Source: Candidatus Pacearchaeota archaeon
GTDB lineage: Archaea; Nanobdellota; Nanobdellia; Pacearchaeales; GW2011-AR1
Reading direction: 5' to 3'
Length of the DNA: 42,893 nucleotides
NCBI GenBank assembly: GCA_018304325.1
Contig: JAGVWM010000011.1
Span: 1 to 42,893 of the forward strand
Notes under the pieces: generated by a model
Database searches by the model: none
The model's input: only the letters and a program-made list of their open reading frames with translations
What the model was told of the DNA's origin: nothing
Shown: positions 35,719-42,893 of the stretch, piece by piece
How positions within the stretch are numbered: position 1 is the stretch's first letter
How the letters are laid out: each line of letters starts with the position of its first letter
Program-made: the position numbers and the translations under genes

Positions 35719-36031
35719 ACTTCAAAAATAAAATGGGAAGAGGTTGAAGCAATTATAAGAAGATAAGTATTTACAAATTATAATTTATCACCTTTTAAGT
35801 TAACAGAATCCTAAATAGAAAGCATTATAAATTACTTAAACTTTACTTAAAATAACTTAAACCTTCTATAAATATTAAATAATGCATGATTTATCGTTAA
35901 ATATACTATGAACTGTGAATTATAGCTGTATTATTTAGATATTTCTTGCTATAATTCACTATTTGTCGTATTTTCTCCGATAATCGGTATATAATAGAAA
36001 GCTTTTTAAAGATGAAAGAAGTAGTATTTGT

Positions 36032-37276
36032 ATGGTAACTAAGTATGATATTTTTGAATTTGCTTATACAACCAGGCATCCATTAAAACCAATAGAGGTA
36101 GTCAAGAAATTCAAGAAAAATGAAAGTGAATATGATAATATCCATCGTATGCTTAAAGAGCTAGTTCGGGAAGATTTGCTGACAAAAACTAATTATGGTT
36201 TTCAGGTCAAGAAGAGTGATAAAACAAATTTACTTTATCAGGTAATTTTTCATTGTCTAAGGAACGGCATTAATTACAATAGCTTATTAAATCCAGGTCT
36301 TGCAAAATTTTTAAGCAAAGCTCTTCAGAAAAAAGAAGTGACTTCAAAAGATATTAATCTGCATTCCCTTACATTAAGAAAATATGTAGACATTCTATAT
36401 AAAAACGGCCTATTACTAATAATTTCTGAAAAGCCACTTAAAATTAAAGTTTTTTATAATGTTTTATTAAACAATCTTTTAGTTTATTTTGGATATAAAC
36501 ATAAAGTTATAACTGAAGATACAACAAGTTATTTGGAAGATATTGAGAAAGAGCTTATTAAGTTTAGGAAATTAAAAAGAGAGAATGAGACAAAGTACCA
36601 GCAGATAATTGATGACTTTGAAGTTTCTTTTATTCATCATAGTTTATCTTTAGAAGGAAATCCTATAACTTTTAATGAGACTAAAAGAATTTTGAAAGAT
36701 AAAATAATCCCTGCAAATCTCAAGAGCAAAGATATTGATGAAGTTAAGAATTACCAAAAAGCACTTTTACAGATGTTGAAAGATAGTCAAGATAAAAGAC
36801 CCTTGACATTACAAATAATACTAGATTATCATCGCTTAGCAATGCAGCACGACCCAAACATTGCAGGTAAGATAAGAAAGATCGAAGTCCATATTTCAGG
36901 AAATCCTGATTTTAAGATAGCTAAGGCAGAAGACATTGAAAAAGAACTTGAAGAATTAATTAAGAAATATAATGATTTTATCAAAAACGAAAAAGTCAAC
37001 CTTAAGGAGATCTTGGCTTTTGTAGTTTACTTTCATAATGAGTTCCAGCATATTCATCCTTTTGAAGATGGGAACAGCAGAACAACAAGATTAATTACTT
37101 TCCACTTGTTGCAGTCAAAAGGTATTCCTATCTTGGATATTCCCTATGGATTACTCGACGAATATGTGAGTTATACGAAAGGATCAAGAAAAAGAGAGGA
37201 TCAAAAACTTCTTTCAAATCTGCAAAAAGTTATACTTTTTAATTTAAAGAAAATAAATGCGAGGCTGAGCGAATAA
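36032..37276 (+). CDS. Fic-domain protein (AMPylase-type) with N-terminal winged-helix region
   Basis: Fic motif HIHPFEDGNSRTTRL (HxFx[DE]GN[GS]RxxR). An upstream inhibitory-helix-like motif SLSLEG fits [ST]xxxE[GN]. Confidence 0.88.
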   Translation: MVTKYDIFEFAYTTRHPLKPIEVVKKFKKNESEYDNIHRMLKELVREDLLTKTNYGFQVKKSDKTNLLYQVIFHCLRNGINYNSLLNPGLAKFLSKALQKKEVTSKDINLHSLTLRKYVDILYKNGLLLIISEKPLKIKVFYNVLLNNLLVYFGYKHKVITEDTTSYLEDIEKELIKFRKLKRENETKYQQIIDDFEVSFIHHSLSLEGNPITFNETKRILKDKIIPANLKSKDIDEVKNYQKALLQMLKDSQDKRPLTLQIILDYHRLAMQHDPNIAGKIRKIEVHISGNPDFKIAKAEDIEKELEELIKKYNDFIKNEKVNLKEILAFVVYFHNEFQHIHPFEDGNSRTTRLITFHLLQSKGIPILDIPYGLLDEYVSYTKGSRKREDQKLLSNLQKVILFNLKKINARLSE

Positions 37277-37567
37277 AAAGGGATACAAAAGGAGTCAGTC
37301 TTTTACTATTTATAATTTATTTAGTAGCAAATATAATTGCCATAATATATGCCCTTTTAATTAACCAATACCCATTGATAATAAAATATGCTATTGCTAT
37401 TGTTACAACAGTATTTTATATAGGGATATTTTTTTATTATTGGAAAAATAGCAAGTAATGTTTTTTTATTGCTCTATTTGGGTTTTTATTTTCCTTGAAT
37501 TTCAAAAAGATTTATAAACTCTAATTTACTATTTTTTGTTATTAAGGTAATTAAGGTAATTAAAAAG

Positions 37568-39172
37568 ATGGTGAAAAAAACTAATAAAAAAATTCTGTTA
37601 AGTATTTTAGTATCTATTATTTTGATTTCTCTTACGGTTTTAGTTTTTGCTGCTTGGGTTACATATGATGTTACTACTAAAGTAGTTTCCCCTGCAACTG
37701 GAACAAACTGGTCTGGGGCTGTTGGTACTGCTGTTGCCAATACTTCACAAGTCTTTTTTAATATTACTTATAAAAACGAAACAATTGTAACTGATCCTGT
37801 TAATGTAACAATTTGGATTAATTTTACAACTTCTAGTTGGGTGATTCTTGGAAACCTTTCTAATTGTATTAATGGAACTGGTTTGGGGTCAGGATCATTT
37901 TGTTCGGGAAGTCTTAATATTTCAGTTTTATACAATGGAACCATGGTTCCTGATGGAGTATATACTGTTAATGCAAGTATTCATAATAATAGTGGAGGAG
38001 GATTAAGTATAGTTCCTTCTGTAAATATGAGTAATTTAAGTGTTATAAGAATAGATAACACTGCACCAAGAACAGTCAGTATTAATAGTGTTCCTAGCGG
38101 ACAAAACCATTCTGTTAAAAGCAATTCAGGAAACTTTACTTTGAATGTTACTGCAGATGATGCATTAGCTAATATAAGTACTGTCCAATTTATAATAATT
38201 AATACAACAGGGCAGGTAAATGCAACTGTTACTGGTATAAAAGAAGGAAATAGTCCTAGGTATAGTGCAACTATTAATACTTCACACTTTCCTAATGGAT
38301 ATGTAAACATAACTTTATTTGTAAATGATACTGCTGGAAATTATAACGTAACTGCAAATAGTAGTACTGCTCCATTAGTTAGGGATTTGATTTTTGATAA
38401 TGTTGCACCAAGTGTTTCATTTAGCTGTACTCCAACAAAAGTTAATAGTGGAGATATAGTAACTTGTAGTTGTTCTGGAAGTGCAACATCTGGAGTTAAT
38501 TCAACATCTTTCACAGCAACTCCAAGTACTTCTAGTACTGGAACATATACACAAACTTGTCAAGTAGCTAGTAAGTCAGGAGTTTCAAATACTGCAACAG
38601 CTAGTTATACTATTGAATTATCTGGAGGAGGAAGTTCTGGTGGTGGAGGTTCAACAACTAGTACAGTTCCTTCTATAGCTGGAACTGTAGCTGTTTCAGA
38701 AAGCAAGTTATCTTCAGGATATAGAGCTAAATTTTCAAATAATGCTCAAGTAGAGAGTTCTCTTACAACTTCTTCTGGAACAACAGAAAAGCATAGTGTT
38801 AAGGTAACAAGTATTACTACTAGCAAAGTTATGATAACAGTTAGTTCTGACCCTGTAAATTTAGAGCTTAGTCTTGGAGAAACAAAAAAAGTTGATTTAG
38901 ATAGTGATAAAATTTATGATTTATCTTTAACTTTCAATGAAGTAGTAACTGGAAAAGCAGATATTAGTGTTAAAAAGATATCTGAAGCTGCTCCTACAGG
39001 ACAAGAAGGGCCTGTTTCAGCTGGTGAAACACCTGGAACTACAGATGATAATACTGCTGGTGGAGAAACAACAACTAAAAGTAACTTATATTTATGGATA
39101 GTTTTAGTTATTGTAATTATAGTCATAATTTGTGTTATTATTTATTACACAACAAAAAAGAAAAAGAAGTAG
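37568..39172 (+). CDS. Cell-surface glycoprotein candidate (signal anchor, beta-rich body, Ser/Gly/Thr linker, C-terminal TM anchor plus KKKKK)
   Basis: 534 aa with about 30 N-x-S/T sequons (NWS, NTS, NIT, NET, NVT, NFT, NLS, NGT ...). GGGSSGGGGSTTST linker. C-terminal LYLWIVLVIVIIVIICVIIYY-TTKKKKK. Confidence 0.7.
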   Translation: MVKKTNKKILLSILVSIILISLTVLVFAAWVTYDVTTKVVSPATGTNWSGAVGTAVANTSQVFFNITYKNETIVTDPVNVTIWINFTTSSWVILGNLSNCINGTGLGSGSFCSGSLNISVLYNGTMVPDGVYTVNASIHNNSGGGLSIVPSVNMSNLSVIRIDNTAPRTVSINSVPSGQNHSVKSNSGNFTLNVTADDALANISTVQFIIINTTGQVNATVTGIKEGNSPRYSATINTSHFPNGYVNITLFVNDTAGNYNVTANSSTAPLVRDLIFDNVAPSVSFSCTPTKVNSGDIVTCSCSGSATSGVNSTSFTATPSTSSTGTYTQTCQVASKSGVSNTATASYTIELSGGGSSGGGGSTTSTVPSIAGTVAVSESKLSSGYRAKFSNNAQVESSLTTSSGTTEKHSVKVTSITTSKVMITVSSDPVNLELSLGETKKVDLDSDKIYDLSLTFNEVVTGKADISVKKISEAAPTGQEGPVSAGETPGTTDDNTAGGETTTKSNLYLWIVLVIVIIVIICVIIYYTTKKKKK

Positions 39173-39225
39173 TTTTCTATAACAAACCAGATATTGTAAA
39201 CTTAAAGTCACTTATTGTAAAACCT

Positions 39226-39293
39226 ATGAACATGTAATATCAATGAACATGTAATATCAATGAACATGTAATATCAATGTGTAATTATAATCA
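39226..39293. repeat. Tandem 17-nt repeat ATGAACATGTAATATCA x3 plus a degenerate fourth unit
   Basis: Three perfect head-to-tail copies (39226-39276), then ATGTGTAATTATAATCA. Each unit contains the palindrome ACATGT. Confidence 0.93.
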
Positions 39294-39363
39294 TTTAATT
39301 ATGTAAATGCTATATGAAATAACTTTAGTAAAACTATCCTTTTTATTTTATACTTTTATTATG

Positions 39364-39410
39364 TCAAGAATACAAATTCTTGAGCACTATCAGGAATTAG
39401 TAATTCCTGA
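39364..39410. repeat. Twin-hairpin element (TCAAGAAT-ACAA-ATTCTTGA / GCACTA / TCAGGAATT-AGT-AATTCCTGA)
   Basis: Same two-hairpin architecture and first-stem sequence as 10929-10977. The second stem differs at two positions per arm, with pairing preserved. Confidence 0.8.
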
Positions 39411-39636
39411 AGTTTTAATATGTAGTAAAATTTCAAGACTTTTTGATTTTAATAGTTTATTCCAATCAAATATATAGATGATGATAACTTGACAGCATCC
39501 CATAACTAAAATCTTTAATAATAATCTTTTTGAAAACCAAGAAAAATAGTATTTCTTTGGTTCAGAAATTTATTGAATTTCTAGGAATATTTAAACAAAC
39601 CACAACATTTATAATTAAAAACTCTTTTTTTATTTT

Positions 39637-40653
39637 ATGGATATTCAGAATAGACTGGAGTTAATTAAAAGAAATACAGAAGAGATTGTTTCTGAGGAAG
39701 AATTACTTAAATTATTAAAAACAAAGAAAAAACCAGTTGTTTATTTGGGAACAGCTATTACTGGGAGACCTCATATAGGTTATTATATGTGGGTATTGAA
39801 ATTAGGAGATTTTCTTAGAGCTGGATTTAGAGTTAAAATACTACTTGCAGATCTTCATGGAGTGCTTGATAACACTCCTTGGGAGGTCTTAGAACGAAGA
39901 TATGACTATTACAAGGAAGTTATTCCATTAATGTTTAAATCTATTGGTGTTGACACTAAAGATTTAGAATTTGTTAAAGGTAGTGAATTTCAATTAAAAC
40001 CAGAGTATATGTATGATGTTCTTAAGATGTCAACATTTAATTCAATAAATGATTGTAAAAGGGCAGCTTCAGAAGTTGTTAAATTTGGAGATAATCCAAA
40101 ACTAGCTGGTTTAGTTTATCCCATTATGCAGGCTTTAGATGAAGTTTATCTTGGAGTAGATGTGCAGTATGGTGGGATTGATCAGAGAAAAATTCTTATG
40201 TTTGCTAGAGAAAACTTACCAAAAATAGGTTATGATTCTAGAGTAGAAGTTATGACTCCTTTAATAGCTGGTCTTATTGGTAGAAAAATGAGTGCTAGTG
40301 ACCCTAAATCTAAGATTGATTTGTTAGATGATGAAAAAGCAGTTAGAGATAAAATAAATAAAGCAGATTGTGCAGCTGGAGATCTTGATAATGGTTTACT
40401 TCCATTTATTAAGTATATTATTATGACATTAAAACAAGATAATAAAACTAAATTTATTATTAAAAGAGATAAAAAATATGGTGGAAATTTAGTTTATAGT
40501 AATTATGAAGAATTGGAAAAAGATTTTAAAAATAATAAAATACATCCTTTAGATTTAAAGAATGCACTTTCTGATGAAATAAATGATTTACTTTCTATTT
40601 TTAGAAGAAATAGGGTTAAATTAAACAAACTTTCTGAATTAGCTTATAATTGA
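39637..40653 (+). CDS. tyrS: Tyrosyl-tRNA synthetase (archaeal type)
   Basis: Class I motifs GRPHIGYY (HIGH-like) and KMSAS (KMSKS-like). LLADLHG, YPIMQALDE, GGIDQRK. Confidence 0.9.
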   Translation: MDIQNRLELIKRNTEEIVSEEELLKLLKTKKKPVVYLGTAITGRPHIGYYMWVLKLGDFLRAGFRVKILLADLHGVLDNTPWEVLERRYDYYKEVIPLMFKSIGVDTKDLEFVKGSEFQLKPEYMYDVLKMSTFNSINDCKRAASEVVKFGDNPKLAGLVYPIMQALDEVYLGVDVQYGGIDQRKILMFARENLPKIGYDSRVEVMTPLIAGLIGRKMSASDPKSKIDLLDDEKAVRDKINKADCAAGDLDNGLLPFIKYIIMTLKQDNKTKFIIKRDKKYGGNLVYSNYEELEKDFKNNKIHPLDLKNALSDEINDLLSIFRRNRVKLNKLSELAYN

Positions 40654-41058
40654 GATTAATATTTTTATGATTATATATCCAAGTATAACTAATAGTGCGA
40701 TTTTTATTAGGTCTAATATGTCTGTGTCTTTAATCCCTTTTTTGTTCATTTTACTTTTTAATCTTATTCAATATTACAATATCTTTTATAGTATTTAATA
40801 GTTTCTCATCAATATCTATACTATCTTTTATTTTTTTGATATCCTCCTCGTTTTTTTCTATTTGTTTGGTATATTTTGATAGGTAGTAGAATGTAACTGC
40901 TGCATCCCTATTATGATGGTTGCTGGTAAGTAACTTTTATTATAAGAAAGGATAATTGCTATAATTGATAGTAAAATACTTATTATTCCATACAAGTCAT
41001 CCTTTTCCACTTGATTGTATAATAATTTATTTTAAAAATATTTATGTATTATTTTTAT

Positions 41059-41979
41059 TTATCTTGTTTTAAATTCAACTATATCTTTGTCTTTAACAAT
41101 ATGTGAAAGTCCGACCTTTTGATTTGGAAATTTTGATGATGGACCCCAAATATGAACTCCTTTTATGTTTTGAGCCATTTGCTTACTTATCTTTTTTGCA
41201 ACATCTAGTATTGTTGAGTTAGGGTGTATTATCAAAGGTTTATCTGTCGGACTTTTTCCAGGCTCTTTTAGATATACTCTTGTTATATTGAAACTCTGAA
41301 ATATTTTTTCTTTCAATTCTTCGACGTTTTGTTTATTTCTACAAGAAATCATTATAAAATTATATTTTTTAGACCTGAGATTTTCAGATATCTTCCTTTT
41401 TTCTTTTTCATTTAATTGGTCTATTTTATTAAAAACTATTAATTTTTTTCCTGCTGCTTTAGGTATGAATTTCTTTATTTCTTCAATTTGGGAGAGTTCT
41501 GTTATTACTAATAAATTTAGGTCTGCAGTGTTAGCTATTCCTACGTCGAAGTTTTCATTTTTTACAGATGGCAAGTCTATTATTTGTATTTGCACTCCGC
41601 TATATTCCATTATTCCCTGAATAGGTATTTGTGTAGAAAACTGATTTTCAGATACCTTTGAATTAGCATTTGTTATTGAAGAAATTATTGATGATTTGCC
41701 AGAATTTGTTTCACCAATTAAAGCTACTTGCATATCATATTTTTTTATTGTTTCCTGTGAACTTCCACTTGACTTTTTAGACTTTTTTATTCTTTCTATT
41801 TTTTCAACTAACTTTATCCTCCTAGTTTTGAGGTTTGCTAACATTTTTTCAGAAGACTTATGTTTTGGACACTCCCTTATCATTTCTTCAAGCCAGTTTA
41901 GTCTTTCTTCATCTGTCTTAGCACTAAGAAAATTTTCCTCTGCTTTTTTGTAAAAAGGCGACTGATTTGTTGATGCCAT
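41059..41979 (-). CDS. DRG/Obg-like GTP-binding protein with C-terminal TGS domain
   Basis: G1 GETNSGKS, G3-like DLPS, G4 NKID. C-terminal TGS pattern ITRVYLKEPGK....PLII..NSTILDVAKKI......IKGVHIWGPSSKFPNQKVGLSHIVKDKDIVEF. Confidence 0.8.
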   Translation of the reverse strand: MASTNQSPFYKKAEENFLSAKTDEERLNWLEEMIRECPKHKSSEKMLANLKTRRIKLVEKIERIKKSKKSSGSSQETIKKYDMQVALIGETNSGKSSIISSITNANSKVSENQFSTQIPIQGIMEYSGVQIQIIDLPSVKNENFDVGIANTADLNLLVITELSQIEEIKKFIPKAAGKKLIVFNKIDQLNEKEKRKISENLRSKKYNFIMISCRNKQNVEELKEKIFQSFNITRVYLKEPGKSPTDKPLIIHPNSTILDVAKKISKQMAQNIKGVHIWGPSSKFPNQKVGLSHIVKDKDIVEFKTR

Positions 41980-42006
41980 AGGATTTTTAAGATAGTTGTT
42001 TTTATA

Positions 42007-42804
42007 ATGTTTATGGATAAAGATATTTATGATAAAATTGTGAAGAAAAAAGAATTTTCTGAAATTCCTATTGAAGATGTAGAAAGAATTTGGAATAGTT
42101 TTGATAGTAAAGACTTAGTTGATGAAGAGAGAATAAAAAAAGTCAGAGATTTACTTAGGATTATATATTCTGGCTTTGGAGGAAGGAAGATATTAGTTTG
42201 GAAAAATAAAAGTGCTGAAGAAATTCTTAAGAAACATCTTTCTACAAGAGAACGTTATGATTATTATGAGGAAATTTATGAAAGATTACTAAAAAGCTTT
42301 GGAAAGAGTAAAGAATTGAATATAATTGATCTTGGCTCTGGAGCTAATGGTTTTTCCTACGATTTTTTCAAGGAATTAGGTTATAATGTTACTTATACAG
42401 GTGTTGAGGCATTAGGGCAATTAGTTAATATTACTAATTTATTTTTTAAAACTAACAAAATTAAAGGTATAGTTTACCATAAGAGTTTGTTCGAAAAAGA
42501 TAAAGTTATAGAGATGATTAATAGGGCTAAAAAACCCAAAATTATATTTATGTTTAAGGTTATTGATGCCCTTGAAACTTTGGAAAGAAATTATACCCTT
42601 AAATTTCTAGAATCTATTAAAAACTCTGGTGCTGATAAGATAGTAATAAGTTTTGCAACAGAAAGCTGGCTTAAAAGAAAAAAATTCTTTGTTCAAAGAA
42701 CATGGTTGATTAACTTTTTGAAAGATAACTTTGAGATAATAGATGATTTTACTTTGGGTGGAGAAAGGTACCTTGTTTTTACTAATCAATTATATGTTAA
42801 GTAA
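42007..42804 (+). CDS. SAM-dependent methyltransferase resembling Arm/Rmt (FmrO) 16S rRNA m7G1405 methyltransferases
   Basis: HLSTRERYDYYEEIYERL (compare H-x-S-T-x-ER...FY), motif I IIDLGSGANGF, then IFMFKVIDALETLERN and IVISFATES, in the same order as I recall for RmtB/ArmA. Confidence 0.72.
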   Translation: MFMDKDIYDKIVKKKEFSEIPIEDVERIWNSFDSKDLVDEERIKKVRDLLRIIYSGFGGRKILVWKNKSAEEILKKHLSTRERYDYYEEIYERLLKSFGKSKELNIIDLGSGANGFSYDFFKELGYNVTYTGVEALGQLVNITNLFFKTNKIKGIVYHKSLFEKDKVIEMINRAKKPKIIFMFKVIDALETLERNYTLKFLESIKNSGADKIVISFATESWLKRKKFFVQRTWLINFLKDNFEIIDDFTLGGERYLVFTNQLYVK

Positions 42805-42807
42805 ACC

Positions 42808-42893
42808 TTAATACTTAACATACAAATTAGCAGGATAATCTTTAATTCCATAACTATATCTCTTCTCATTAAACCAACAAATCCAACCTCCTA
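42808..42893 (-). CDS. 3' end of an unidentified minus-strand gene running off the window
   Basis: The reverse strand translates as GGWICWFNEKRYSYGIKDYPANLYVKY* with the stop at 42808-42810. It is convergent with the methyltransferase. Confidence 0.35.
   Translation of the reverse strand, partial: GGWICWFNEKRYSYGIKDYPANLYVKY

Noticed and set aside
37243-37458. An open frame downstream of Fic encodes a convincing 2-TM hydrophobic peptide (..GVSLLLFIIYLVANIIAIIYALLINQYPLIIKYAIAIVTTVFYIGIFFYYWKNSK*).
   Set aside because: It has no ATG, GTG or TTG start near its beginning. The frame opens inside the Fic 3' end, and the only in-frame TTG, at 37375, leaves 27 aa. Hydrophobic translations are common in AT-rich non-coding DNA. 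Frameshift coupling to Fic would be pure speculation.

Overview
This is an AT-rich (about 30% GC), tightly packed archaeal chromosome segment. Many genes have overlapping start and stop codons, and TGA is used as a stop. By inference the style resembles a DPANN-like small genome.

Order of content:
- 1-4.3 kb: a MacB-type ABC exporter operon.
- 5.0-9.7 kb: the conserved L21e-RpoF-DUF655 block joined to S13-S4-S11-RpoD-tRNALeu-L18e-L13-S9.
- 9.7-11.0 kb: a repeat-partitioned, cassette-like variable segment carrying a frameshifted ORF and an RHH/RelE module.
- 11-19 kb: housekeeping and secreted proteins, including SNase, DUF192, XerA plus an unknown partner gene, an Hjc-related nuclease, FKBP and Cys-rich secreted proteins.
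- 20-25.5 kb: a decayed or accessory zone. It holds an HNH endonuclease, gene relics, an iteron-like field, and two convergent paralogous coiled-coil/HTH genes whose linkers encode DNA repeat arrays, including a (TGTC)8 microsatellite.
- 25.5-33.6 kb: a predicted replication origin followed by orc1/cdc6 and both PolD subunits. The large subunit is interrupted by a LAGLIDADG intein that ends in Gln.
- 33.6-42.9 kb: a TctA-like membrane protein, a dead DDE transposase, a Fic enzyme, a heavily sequon-loaded surface protein, tyrS, a DRG-type GTPase and an Arm/Rmt-like rRNA methyltransferase.

No CRISPR array or rRNA gene was seen. The most unusual material is the origin-adjacent HTH/repeat locus at 22.3-25.5 kb, the cassette-like segment behind S9, and a dispersed twin-hairpin repeat family. 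All functional calls come from reading motifs by eye. No database search was run.
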